A stretch of DNA of 63,737 bases, filler included, from Hausera hauseri (lineage: Eukaryota): NCBI GenBank assembly GCA_046269625.1. It is 12 parts of 12 records of this genome, joined end to end, with 100 filler letters (N's around TTAATTAATTAA, not from the genome) between each part and the next. Parts side by side here need not be neighbours in the genome. Positions count along the whole stretch, not along the records: positions 33,777 to 38,677 come from JBJURY010397923.1; positions 38,778 to 43,830 come from JBJURY010350268.1; positions 43,931 to 49,397 come from JBJURY010248071.1; positions 49,498 to 55,203 come from JBJURY010202636.1; 8 more parts are not named here. The stretch is one strand, 5' to 3'. This document shows positions 36,770-49,819 of the stretch, piece by piece. The stretch's first letter is position 1. Each line of letters begins with the position of its first letter. The translations under genes were made by a program, and so were the position numbers. The notes beneath the pieces were generated by a model. It was not told where the DNA came from. It worked only from the letters and a program-made list of their open reading frames with translations, and did not search any database.

Positions 36770-38110
36770 GTAAAATTGCCGGTTCTGCCACAGACCCCCC
36801 AGAATTGCAAAACATCCGGTCTGAAATTGCGCAACTTCCATTGTAGATTTGTGTCACTTCCGGTGCAATTTTCGTCAATTCCGGTGAAATTTGCGCAATG
36901 TGACGCAATTTTCACCGGACGTTGTGCAATTTCGGAGAAGGAAATGATGCAAAAGTTGCGCAAGAGCGTTGTTCTCGTGTGTTCGGTTTTGAAAAATTGC
37001 GAAAATCGTGTAAGGGCACTAACAGATTGACCTGAAAGGAAAAGTGGTTTTTGGGGAATTGCGTGGGACTGAAGAAAAATATTGCAATTTTCTCTTCACG
37101 GTTGATCTAGGCACATCACGGTGGTTCGAAAGGTATAAGAATTGTAGGGATATCTCTTCTGGATGGTCCGTAAAAGGGTATGCCGGTTCTGAAACAGTTC
37201 CGGTTTTTCGGTGAAAATGACCGGAAAGTCAATATCTCAGCCCGTAGGAGTCGTACGGAGTTCGTTTTGGTGTTATTCGATTCTTCTCAATTCGCTGAGG
37301 TGAATGGAGTACAAAGTGACGTGATTGGTGTGTACGGGCCGGAGTTATGAGCAGAAAACGGAGCATAAAATAAGTTTAAAAGGAGCACTGCTCAAAATCT
37401 TCACATCACACAGGGCTTTCATCGATCCCATAGAGTAATATTCGGTTAGATCTATCGACTGGTATGTGAATGGATTCAGTCCAATGAGTAGTTTGAGCAC
37501 AGATCAATTGTGCGCTAGGGCGATTTAAAGTTTAAAAAACGGGAAAATGACCATAACTCCAGAACGTAATGGATAATGAAATGCTCTACATATCGTGGGA
37601 ACGACGATTGGGGACGAATCGAACGGTGCAATGATCTCAGTCGTCCTACTCATTTCGATTGAGCAGTGAACATTTGAGCACTTTTAAGGTTTTGTGGGAA
37701 TTGAGTCTGAAAGAAAACCCATATTGTTGGTTTCTCTGCACAGTTGGTCTTGGTATGGCAGCACGATTCGAACGATATATAAAATGTTTGGACATCTCTT
37801 CTGGGGGCCCGACAAAGGGTATGCCGGTTCTGGAACAGTTGAGGTTTTTCCGGCAATTTTCCAAAAATTTACAACAGCTCAGCCGACAACAGACCGATTG
37901 AGTCCGTTCGGGTATCGTTTGATACGGCACATTGTGTTGCATCGAGTGATACCCGAATGGATGCTGCGGACTGTATCGGTCGTAGATATGAGCGGAAGAC
38001 AAAGCAACAATGGTTTTAAGGGGTCGAAAAATGACCTATGGCTTAGAAACAGTAGTCGATTTGGATGTCGTTCGATTCATCATCTCGCTGAGAGGAATAG
38101 AACAACGATG
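36770..38110. repeat. Non-coding region with diverged internal repeats (about 37149-37290 vs 37791-37930; recurring AAAATGACC and GCAATTTT motifs)
   Basis: Shared block ATCTCTTCTGG...AAAGGGTATGCCGGTTCTG.AACAGTT; AAAATGACC occurs near 37214, 37544 and 38028. Confidence 0.6.
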
Positions 38111-38339
38111 ACGACGACATCAAAATTAAAATGATTGAACCAGCGGAAACCATGTATGTAAGAAGATTAGAGTACTGAGCAAGATGCATGATGCGTTGTG
38201 CTCATCATATGTGTATGTATATGAAGGCGTGAGTACATTTTATTCCTTGTTTTAAATAGTTGCAAAAAATCATTTACAATGTCATTGACCAGTATGTATA
38301 AAGGAAAGGAAAAAAAGGATTATTTGTTCTGTGGAAAAA

Positions 38340-38661
38340 ATGTCTGCGATTGGTTTAAAACTTGCAATTGAAGAAATTGAGGTTTTTGTTTAGTTATTTT
38401 TTTATAATGTTTATTTTTCAATAGATGATGCAGGAACAAATTAAAATGCTGTGGAATGAGCTACATACACCATTTAACATAGGAGAAAATGGTTTAGCAT
38501 CCGAATTAGTCGCACAGCGATGTATGGAAAAATTAAAGTTTATGGAGCCGTATTTAGATGGTTTGCAGATGAAACTAATATTTCAACATAATCAAATTCT
38601 CCGATTGAAAGTGTTAATCAATTCCTATATTGTGAAAAACGAATCATGTGACAATGAATAA
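38340..38661 (+). CDS. Small two-exon ORF (38340-38381, 38425-38661), 92 aa, helical/coiled-coil, unknown function
   Basis: TATAAA near 38297, ATG, a 43-nt phase-0 GT-AG intron, and AATAAA overlapping the stop. Confidence 0.45.
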
Positions 38662-38777
38662 ATGTGTTTTTGTTTGANNNNNNNNNNNNNNNNNNNNNNN
38701 NNNNNNNNNNNNNNNNNNNNNTTAATTAATTAANNNNNNNNNNNNNNNNNNNNNNNNNNNNNNNNNNNNNNNNNNNN

Positions 38778-41700
38778 TTCTTGTCTTGGTTTGTCAAATT
38801 TGTGCACCACCACATCCCGATAACTCCGTCGACCATCTTTAGTGTATTCTCTGACTGTATTTATTTCTTCCGCCTTTGTTGTCTTTTCGTGAACTTTCTG
38901 TATTTTTTCTTTACTGCGGTAGATTTCCTTTTTCATCTCCGGATCGTCACAACAGTGGATCATCAATTCCTCTGTTAGAGCTTCCAGTGTTACTTTGTGG
39001 CTAAGATGCTCTTCGCCAGCTGTTTAATTTTTTTGAAGTAGGCGGCCGGTTCTGCCCCCTTCATTCTGTAGTCCAAGGCCTCCAGCAGATCTCCACGCAG
39101 TGTTGTCGGTTTTGAGAAGGCCTTTTCAACCGGTTTTGGTATTCTTTCACCTTCTGGTTCACCATATTCTATATTTCCTGTGCTTCTTCCGCCAACAGAC
39201 ACAGGACCGCGGTTTCTCGGTCTCTCTTCGACATCTTTATAAAGTCGAAGTATATCTCGCATTCTCCAACAAATGTTTCCACGTTGTCACCTTTTTGAAA
39301 TTCTTTGGGCATCAATTTCTCAAAGAAGTCTCTTGAAGCGTTGATCGCCATGTTAGTAGATCGCGTCACTAACATTTTGACCCCAACGTTACCCGATGAT
39401 TGTAGAATAGAATTATCCATAAAAAATTTATTATAAAAGTTTTATATAACAGTTATCTCCTTCACTCGTGAAATGAGTCTCATTTTCCTTCCATTCTAAA
39501 TTTCCTAACTTTCTGTTGGCTATGTATTTAATTATATTTATTTATTGAATATTCCTTTCAATTCTTCCTTACATCCCACTCCTTCAAGAATTTCCGTAGT
39601 TTTTCCACATTTCTTTCCAGAATTCTGCCGTCCGCGTGTTGCAGTACATATCGTCGATCGTGTTTTCTCTCAATTACTTTGTATGGCCCTTCATATTTGT
39701 CTTTATCTTTTGCTCCTGATTCTTTCTGTATTATTACGTTTTCTCCGACCTGGAATACTCTTTTTACCGGTATCCTTTCTGGGTCGATGCTCTTTGTTGA
39801 ATTTTTTGTTTTATTCTGTCCATGCCATCTCTCTATGTATTATTCTTCCAAATATTATTTCTGCCGGACTCTTTCCTGTTGTTTTCTGAACTGTCGCATT
39901 CAACGTAAGTTCTATTTCTGGTAGTATCTCTTCCCAATCGGTTTGTCGTCGATCATTAAGAGTCGCACCTATATATTCTCTAATTGTCCGGAATTGCCTT
40001 TCCACTATGCCATTGATGTTGTAGTGATGCGGGCTCGAATAGCACATCTTTATGCCCATTGACGTCGTCACGTCTTTAAATACCTTAGATTCAAATGCTT
40101 TTCCGCAGTCTGTGTGTATTTGTCATATCTTAGTTATTGCTTATGTAGTTTGTTACTTTTCTATTCCGGCATGGAATAGCATGGCGTGGCATTGCTTTAT
40201 CATTTCTCCTCTCTTATCCGCTGGTATCCATATCTTGCCTTTTCTTGTCTTCACTCTACCATTTTCTACTAAGAATTTCCAATGTTCTTTCTTTGAGGTT
40301 TCTTCTTTTATTTCTTCAATTTCTTTGCTGTCTCTCTGATATGGATAATCTTCTGTTGCTTCAACTGTGTTTATCCTGCGAGTCTTGATCTTATGTGTTT
40401 CTGGCCTCTTACATTGTCTGAATGTGACGCAATTAGTTCGGGATAACATGTCGCCGTTTGCGTGATCTGTTCTTTTCCCCTATTCCAGTCTTATGTCTAA
40501 ACTTAATAGATAGATTATCCGGGTTTGAAATTGTGCTGTTATCGGCTTTTTTGTTCTCAACATGAAGGTAATGGCTTTGTGGTCCGATTTCAGTGTAAAT
40601 CTTCTTCGATACAAGTAATGATTAAAATGTTGATAGAAGTAGTACATAGCCAGCAACTCCTTCCATGTAATGCAATAGACCTTTTCGTGATTATTCATAC
40701 CGTCTTACCCGTATGCAATCACTCTTTTCTGCCCGGCGTTGTCTTTCTGTGACAAAACTGCTCCAATTGTTTCGAAGCTAGAATGAGTATCCAGAATAAA
40801 TTCCTTCTTGAAGTCTGGGAACCCTAGTATTCGTGGGGACGCCAAAGCCATTTTCATTGCTTCAAATGCTTCGTTGCAAGACTCGGCCCATACCAGTTTT
40901 TTGTTGTTCAGTCCGCACATCTATTGTAATGCCTTAGCTTTTGTGGCGTATCCTTAAATAAATATCCTGTAGTAATTGCAAATCCCTAAAAAGCTTCTCA
41001 GATTTTTTACACATTTTGGTTTCTCGAACGATCTGATGGTGTCCAGCTTTGGGGGATCCGTTTGTATTCGTTTGTTACTCATAACGTGTCCCAAGAATTT
41101 TACCTCCCTTTTTAAGATGTGGAACTTTTCTGCGTTTTTTGCAGTCCCGCCGTTTTGATCTTATCTATTACTTTCTCTAGTATTACACAACGTTCGTCTA
41201 ATGACTTTGAAAAGTTCAATTTATCATCCAAATATATTATAGTTTGTTCGATATCGCCCAGTACTTTGGTCATCAGTTCTCGGAATGTACACGGTGCTGC
41301 TGCTATTCCAAAAGGCATTCTGTTGAAACAAAATTGCCCATGTTTAGTCGGGAAAGCTGTTTTCAACTTGGATTCTTCCTCTAATTCGACCTGGTAGTAT
41401 GTCTTTTCCAGATAGAGTGATGTTAAATATCTAGCCCCATATAGCATGTCCATCATTTTCGTCATATTCGGCATGGGCTACGCTTGTCTTTCTGTGACGA
41501 GGTTTAATGGCCTAAAATCTAGACAAATTCTGACATCGATTTTCTCTTTCTTCCAGACGCAGATCATCGGAATATTCCAGGGTAAATTACATTTCTTGAT
41601 GATATTGTTTTCCCATAAGTTTTGGATTGTCTCATCGATTTTGCTTTCCAGATTCACTGGTTATCTATGCAGTTTTATATTAATTGGTGCACGTTTTGTG

Positions 41701-43730
41701 TCTATTTTTTGCTTGATAAATGTTGTAGAGCCGATATCTCACTTGTCGGCCATGAAAACTTCTTGGTTCTTCCGTACTATGTCCAATACGACTAAGTTTT
41801 TGTTTATCCGCAGATTCTCCTTCGCTCTTTTGAATCGTTCTTCATTCGTCACTTTTCGACCAAATTTTACTTCTAAGTTGCATACATAATACCTTTGTTT
41901 TTCTTCATCTTTCTGTCTCCAACCTAATTTGATTCCAAAAGTCCTTTGTAGTTCCATTCCTACTATTATTTCCGGTGATATGTCTGTCACTAATATAAAA
42001 GTTACACGCTTCTGTACACCCTTGAGTTCCAAATTTACGTACAGTTTACCCATACAGTTTAGGGGCTAACATTTGCACAAGAGAGTGTGATATCTGATTT
42101 TTCCAGCTGGACGTATGTCAATCTTTCAAAAATCTTCCTATTTATCACATTCACCCATGCCTTGTGTCCAATAGGCAGTCTTCCCATCTACATTGTTTCT
42201 TTATTTTTATACCTGGCCGTCTTTGTATTTTATCGTACGTGATCTGCTTTTCTGCCAATCCTTTTAGGGAAAAAAGTCCTGTCTTCATGAAGGCTCTCGT
42301 TTTGACTTTCTCTAAATCACACTTCTTCGTTTTTGTCCCCAAACGTTTCTTTTTTTAATGAACCTCCGTACCTTTTCCTCTGTTCTTTCCTTCATTTTTT
42401 CAATACCTTGTCCATTCCTTTGAATATTTTGGGAGCCTTTGGAGTTGTTTCATGTAATTCCCCGTCTAGCTCCACCTTTGTCGAAGCTCTGCCTTTTGGG
42501 GTTGTCGACTCTGATGGATTCTTCATAATCTTAATCAATATTTGCAACGTATGCGTGCCTGCTGTTTATCCTCTCTCCATATCTTTACTGACTGTACCCC
42601 GCCCTTTTGTAATTGTCGGTATACGTTTTTTGCCCTCGTCTGCTTTTGTCCAATTTTGTATAACATTCTTCTTACATGTGTCTTCTATTGTTACATCTAT
42701 TGCATTTTATGTTTATGCAATTTCGTCTTGTCTCCTTTCTGACCGCACCCGTAGCATATTATGGGTTTCCTTTGAGGACAATTCCTGTTAATGTGCCATT
42801 CTTTTCCGCAACCAAAACATCTTGGTGCTTGTTGTAGGTTGCATATCCTGCTTTTATGCATGTCCTTCTGGCACGACCAGCATTTTATCCTATTCTTTGC
42901 CTGCGTATTTTGCAGCTTGAAATCCCTCCTTTCCTGTCTTGGTATGTCAAATTTCTGCATTGTCACATCCCGGTAACTCCGTTGATCCACTCTAGTGTAT
43001 TCGCTGATTGTGTCTATGTCTTTCGTCTTTGCCACTTCGTGAACTTTCTGTATTTTTTGTTTGATTTGTGCTAAGTTTTTTTCGTCGCTGCGGTAGATTT
43101 CTTTTCTCATCTCCGGATCGTCGCAACAGTGGATTATTAATTCCTCTCTTAGCGCTTCCAGTGTTACTTTGTGGCTAAAGATGCTCTTCGCCAGCTGTTG
43201 AATTTTGTTGAAGTAGGCGGTCGGTTCTGCCCCATCATTCTGTAATCTAATGCCTCGTGCAGATTTCTACACAGCGTTGTCGGTGTTGAGAAGGCTTTTC
43301 TCTATCGGTTTTGGTATCCTTTTACATTCTGGCTCACCAGATTGTATTTCGCCTGTGCTTCTGCCAAAAGCACAGGACCGCAGTTTCCCGGTCCGTTTCC
43401 GACATCTTTATGAAGTCGAAGTATCTCGCATTTTCCAATAAAGGTTTCCACGTTGTCGCCTTTCTGGAATTCTCTCGGCATCAATTCTTGAAGAAGTCTC
43501 TTGAAGCGTTGATCGCTGTGAGTAGATCGCTTCTCTACCATCCCGACCTTAATATCACTTGATGATTCTGAGATTGATTTATTCATAAGATGAGTTTATA
43601 TAACATCTCCTTTACTCGGGAAATGAGTCTTATTTTCGTTCTTTTTTGAATTTCCTGACTTTCCGTTGGCTGTTTACTGAATTACCTTTAAATTAAATTT
43701 AAAGCTTAATATCCGTTTCATTTCCTCACA
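38778..43730 (-). mobile_element. Ty3/Gypsy LTR retrotransposon: LTR 43730-43517, gag with 3 zinc knuckles, PR, RT, RNase H, IN, PPT, LTR 39573-39351, then a second gag copy
   Basis: CWSC/CFGC/CYGC knuckles, LLDT, RMPFG, YLDD, FILDT...IGAVLSQ, KELLA, SDHKA, DCGKAF and NGIVER. PPT GAAGGAGTGGGA is followed by TGT. Many frameshifts. Confidence 0.92.
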
Positions 43731-44879
43731 CGGCATCAAATTCATCGTAAATGTACATCACGGTAGACTGCTCCAACGCTTTAGGAAAGTGAACGTCCAG
43801 TTATAGTTTTCCATGCTGAGGTAGTTGAATNNNNNNNNNNNNNNNNNNNNNNNNNNNNNNNNNNNNNNNNNNNNTTAATTAATTAANNNNNNNNNNNNNN
43901 NNNNNNNNNNNNNNNNNNNNNNNNNNNNNNCAATAAATGTAATTCGCCGTTCAGTGGACCTTTGGTTCGCACATCGTTCGCACGCTAAACGATAACATAT
44001 TATACTAAAATCAATGTGTAGAATCACGATCGTTCGCATCATTAATTCAATGAAAATTCTGTGTATGAATCGATCAATAAACTCGTTCCTTCTTCGCATA
44101 TTGAATTGCAGGGATTTCCAAGATACCTTTGGAGAATAAAGTTTAATTAACATGGTATCTTCCAAGGTATATGCTGAATTCGATCGTAAATCTATTTGAT
44201 TTCCCCGTTTATCGTCTGGCAGATCCTTGCATGCTCGGAATACATCACTTTGAATACAGTTCGAGTATCATCATGATATGATTTGGTTATCTTTTCCATC
44301 TTTCACATGTGGTTCGATGATTCGAGGGTATTTTCTACCTTAATCGGCGAGTACTTTCCCACTATATCGTTGATTTTCTTCATCTACAGATTGAGATTAC
44401 GACGTTCTCACCATCCACAGTTATCAATTGGAAAGGTAATTTAGAATATTAAAATTTATTAAACATAAATTTACATGAACGCTCATATACAAGCACATAC
44501 GACCGTCGAGTAGTAAAAACAAAATTTAAAATGATTAACAAAATTTTTACCATTCGCATCTCCTACTGGCATACGGTTGGCATCAGAATTCATTCTTGAA
44601 TGAGTAATGGCGACGTTTCTTGGAATAATAATGAGTGATTTTCTAGCTTTAAAACACTTTAAATAACAAGTGATCAAATTACTACCTTGAGTCCCAAACT
44701 GGTTTCACGTTCAAAATTATACGTGAACGAATATATAAGCAGGTTAGTTATAAGTTGTAAGTTGTTTGTTGTTGATGGTCGTATTTATATCTGATTCGAA
44801 TGACGTCAATCTAATTCCAAAATTCAATTCTCAGACGTCATTCGAATTTCCAATTTTAATTTTCAATATTGACCTTATG

Positions 44880-45220
44880 TTAACCTTCAATATAATTTTA
44901 AATTTAACCTTCAATATAATTTTAAATAATCTTGAAGCAATTTCGATAAAACAATTTTAAATAATCTTGAAGCAATTTCGATAAAACAATTTTAATAATT
45001 TTCAATATAATTGGATAATAATTATCACTCGAATAGCGGCCGTCACATAGGGTTACAGTCAATGTACAAGGAGCAGTGCAATAAAAAATGCCTATCATGG
45101 AGGCTTAACAGTATAATAAAGGGATGTAAATTGTAGTCATCAGAATGTTCACATTGTCAAAAAGGTTATCATAAGAGTGTCATCAACATTATCAAAAGGT
45201 TATCATAAGAGTGTCATCAA
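44880..45220. repeat. Short tandem duplications (TTAACCTTCAATATAATTTTAAAT; AAATAATCTTGAAGCAATTTCGATAAAACAATTTT; TCAAAAGGTTATCATAAGAGTGTCATCAA)
   Basis: Each unit is present twice in tandem. Confidence 0.8.
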
Positions 45221-45251
45221 AATATTGAGTCAAAATCTTTCTCAAGATATC

Positions 45252-46525
45252 CTAACATTTCTCCCCCTTTTGAAAAAAGATTCGGTCCTCCGGATCACTC
45301 TGGGTACTGACATCAGTGAAACTGAGATTTCTGGGTTTAATTGTTAACGTCGCATCGTTTACTGGATTCATCCAATGGCATAGTCTCTGGGTACGGTTGT
45401 CGCAGATATATGAGAAGTGATAGTAGACTGATGGTTGACGGCAGTATGGGCATGAAATACCATTTTGAAAAGTCATTTGGAGAGCATCTTCCGGGTTGAT
45501 TGACTTGAGGGACTGAGAACGAAGTTTGTTAAAACAGGTTGCACATAGTTTGTGATTACATTGGAATTGAACTACCGTTATTGTTTCAGTAAGACATAGA
45601 GTACATTCATAGGTAGGGAGTTGATCGTAGTAGAAAGATTGTAATTTTGCCCATAGATCAGAAGGGGCTAGGTCGGAAATAAGGTCGATTGGACATTTAT
45701 TAAGGACAGGAAACCAATCTTCCCGTAAGGATATTGGTAGTGGTGGACTGTAGGAAATGGTTGGTGTAGGTATTATTGAGGGTGTAGGTACTGGTCATTT
45801 GGGTAATGATCTAGTAATTCGTTCTGGATGATAGCGTGGGTGTGGTATTGAAAATGGTTGTCTTAAAAGAGTCATGACATTTATATGGGGTAAAGGCACT
45901 TGAACAGTAATTGGTGGTGGTCTAATTATCGTAGAAGGGTCAAATCGATGAGTTGGAAATTCAATTCTTACTGATGATTGTTGTTCCAGTCTAAAGTATC
46001 TTGTTGGGAGTATTTGAGGAATTGGTGTATTGGTAATAGTAAGGAGAGCTCTTCTGGGATGGTAAAAATATGAGTAGATAAATTGAGGGCAAAAACAACA
46101 TGCTACAAATTAAGTACCAATGATGGGATTCTAGTTGATAGCAATGGGCACAGTACTCAGCATTACAACAACTAAATTGGTAGGCTATTCTATTAGGTTT
46201 TTGATATAGGCAGCAATTGTGTAATTGGAAATATGGAATAGAAATAGGAGTTGATACATTCCAAGTGTAGTAATAGGTAGTATGATCTGTAGGTTCAATG
46301 ACGTCGAAGGTTTGGACGTCTAGTAATGATTGATCAGCATCAGATGGGTATGCATCATGCTGAATGCAATATTTGATTTCATATGTACAAACAGGACAGT
46401 AAGGTGTAGGATGGGCTTGTAATTGTATTCGCTCTATACAAAATAGATAAACCATATGTAGACATGGTGTTAACCTTTACACTTCATTGAGGATTACTGT
46501 GCAGAACATGCATTCCGGTAGATCT
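45252..46525 (-). pseudogene. Multi-RING-finger ORF (three RING/RING-like Cys clusters), disrupted
   Basis: CMFC...PCLH...C...CPVC; C...CCNAEYCAHC...C; CTLC...CNHKLCATC...CPYC (C3HC4). Internal stops and frameshifts. Confidence 0.6.
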
Positions 46526-47151
46526 GAAAATAAATCGGGTTAATTAAAATTTAATTCGATGGTATTAACATGTAAACTATTATCAGTATCCTTAATATAT
46601 AATGTGTTTGATAGATAATCGTACAATTGTCTCAATAAATAAGCTGGTACTAATGATGAAGTGTACGTAGAGGTGATGGTGGTATATAGTAATTGTTCAC
46701 TTAAGCGAGTTATGAGTACTGGGTCTGTGGAGAAATTTGCCGCGATAGGGTGATGGTTAAGATTAAAATAACCATTGATGTAGGCAGTAGGTTATTATTA
46801 GGAACATAATAATAGATCTAGTTGTGTTGTTATAATAAATTTATGCTTCAACATATCCTGTATGAGGGGTAAGAAGTCTTCATTGTTAACTTTATTTAGA
46901 GTAAGTTCATTAGTTATGCCAGTAAAGGGTGTTCTCCAATCTATAACTTTATGTCGGGGATACATTTGCTGCTGTAATCAAGTTTTGCCTTTATAGTCTA
47001 ATATAGTGATATCAATAATGGTTTAGTTGATGGTTATCAAATTAGGTTGGGTGGCAACGTAATTGTAGGCTACAAAGGTAAATAGGGATTCTAAATTTGA
47101 TAGAGATAATCCTTCTGATATTGAAGAATATTCATTTACTGGTACAAGTGG

Positions 47152-47579
47152 TTAAGGTTTATAATTCAATCGGTTATAGTCCTCACTACAAGTGTACACG
47201 AGTTTTGGTTGGGTCATTTCTACAGCATATATACAGTTGTTCGAAGAAGAAGTGTTAAAAGACAACAAGTCAATAGGAGTAATTGTAATAATCACACTAG
47301 AATTGTCGAGTAGTTCATGATTAATGTCAAAAACGGGATCATTAAAGTTAACATTAACGGTTAACTTGCCACTGATGAGATGGATGGCAATAATATCGAA
47401 TTTCTCCGGCTGATCGGCAAGAACCAATTGAGATAACGAGTTGACAATGCTAATTGATGTTTGCTGTATACACATCTGTCTGGGCTGAAGTGCAATTTCT
47501 CAGATTTTAAGTCATTTGGAATAGATGTTTGATTGGGAAAAATATGATACATTTGATCTACACTCAAGTAGGACGACAC
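47152..47579 (-). pseudogene. Unknown disrupted ORF(s) between the ankyrin and RING genes
   Basis: Overlapping ORFs on the same strand with similar composition; no motif recognised. Confidence 0.25.
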
Positions 47580-47840
47580 TGCGTCATAAAAGGTTTGTGA
47601 ATCAATATAAGGCTTTATTTTTAGTCTTAATACAAAATATGATGATTAACATTAGATAAATATCAATTAAACAAAATAACAGTATAAATTATATACAATG
47701 GCTACAGGGCAAAGAATTCTAGTGGTTACATACGACAGAAAGAGTTAATAAGAAGATGAGAGAAACACTTAAAAGTAAAGGGTCATATAAAAATATGTGC
47801 ACACGAATAGAGAATCAGTAAAGTATTTAATGCATGTTTA

Positions 47841-49184
47841 CTACACGATTTCCCGACGCATTATAGCCAATAATCGTTCGCGTTCGTAGGAACTGGTCAT
47901 AGGATCATGCATCAGAATGTCATTAATGGTCAAGCTTCGATAGTTGTGGGTTTCGGGTTGAATACCTGGTCGTCGCATCAGGATGGAAATTGCACCATAA
48001 GTTTGTGTTAAAAGTGCAGTTATAAGAGGAGTCTCTTCAATTGATCCATGAGCATAATTTATGTCAAGTAGGTAAGTTCCATTATTAAATTTTTTATTTA
48101 GGAAGGTTTCCAATAGGAGGAATCGTTTGAAAACTATTGCATGATGCAATGGTGTACTGCGTAACTCGGCTTGAAAAATAGCTTGAAATACTTTATTGTC
48201 GTAGGCATAATCAAATATTAGAATTGCCAAATTATGTCGACCATGTCGTATGGAGAGTAGTAAAGGAATACTACCCTCAGTATTATGTATGTGTAACGGT
48301 GCTTGTAATTAAATGAGCATGAGTATGAAAAAATCGTGACATTCACTCATAATGGCCAAATGAATGATGGCGTTTCCATTTGTGTCTTGAAATTTCAACG
48401 CTTCGGCAGCTCTGTCGCCTAATTGAGTTATAGCTTCTCTTGGTCTCTCGTCATTTCCGGATGCTACTGCTAACATTAATGGAGTTGTTCCGGCTTTATT
48501 GACTGTTGTATATTCTACTGTGTCGGTCGGTTCATCCGTACATCCCAACATATATCGTTCTGCTCTGGGGAGTATTTGTCCCTCATGAGTTTCAACGTAA
48601 GGGTAATATTCTTCTTCTTTAATGGTCGACAGCCATTTTTCGTCGCCATAGATTTCGAGATCGTAATCTAAGTTGGTCAGAGGAATTTCGAATTGTCTGG
48701 TATAATTTAGTGTTGGTTCATGACGGAATATGTTTCTTCTTCTATGTTTACGCTTATATACACATATAGTGGTAATTGCCACTACAACAAGTATAATACT
48801 AGTGGGTAATACAATTATTATTAGTAAAAGTTTATTGTAACTTGATTGGAGTCGTTGTAATGGCTCAATTGATGGTAACATGATATTCAATGTTCCATTA
48901 TCCTTAGGGGAGTTTGTGGATATTCTAAAAAGAAATTTTCCTCTTTTCACTATTTCGTTGAGTGTAGGAAATTTGAATAATGAATTTACTCCCTTTCTGA
49001 GTGTAGTGACTTCGAATAGAGCGACTGTTTTCAGTTTTCCTAATGTATCATAATGAGGCAACTGAATGTGAGCTAAATAAGGATAACCTGATAGTAATTG
49101 GGCGCACTCGACGTGTGTGCTAGTAATCAAAAAACAGGCGTTATTTGTATTTTCCAATGTGACAATAAAGTCAGGGTTTGGCAA
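47841..49184 (-). pseudogene. Single-pass TM plus ankyrin-repeat protein (Notch/LIN-12-like architecture) with one in-frame stop at 48309-48311
   Basis: TM LLLIIIVLPTSIILVVVAITTICVY followed by KRKHRRR. ANK repeats GTTPLMLAV, GNAIIHLAI, GSIPLLLSI, STPLHHAI and ETPLITAL. The two ORFs are in the same frame. Confidence 0.6.
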
Positions 49185-49559
49185 ACTGAATATTACGCGA
49201 TCAGATCTTAATGTACATAAATGTTTAATGGTCTAAAAGAAATAAACTGGATGCGTTCTGAAGCTTGTCTTATTCCTGCTATTAGGTAAGGAATTTGATT
49301 ATGAACCGAATAATGAAAACTACTTATCCAAAAGGTATTTGGTCAAGATGATTGTAATTGCAGAGTAAGTAGTATCTGCCGATTATCCTGTTTTGTGNNN
49401 NNNNNNNNNNNNNNNNNNNNNNNNNNNNNNNNNNNNNNNNNTTAATTAATTAANNNNNNNNNNNNNNNNNNNNNNNNNNNNNNNNNNNNNNNNNNNNAAA
49501 GAATACCGTATCAATAAAACCGAATTCTTTCTGACTTTCTCAATCGAAAATCGGAAGAA

Positions 49560-49750
49560 TCATGCGAATTGATCTACATACCAGTGAACAACGAAAAGAA
49601 TCATTACATGTTGATCGTTTGTGAAACACGATCTCAAACGACACCAAATTATCAGATGTACAGTCTGGTTGCGTCGAAAATGTTTCCCATGTCGAATGAT
49701 AATCAATATTCGGTAAAAGTGTGGTGTCTACGACCCGTTAAATTCACGTA
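49560..49750 (+). pseudogene. Possible Ulp1/C48-like cysteine protease fragment
   Basis: LIYIPVNNEKNHYMLIV resembles the catalytic-His strand (IFIPIN..HWxL). Downstream motifs are ambiguous. Confidence 0.3.
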
Positions 49751-49819
49751 CCTTCTGTTCGATTTGTTGCAGAAAACTACTGAATATAGCAATGCCAATG
49801 GTTTGGATAGTCTCAAATG

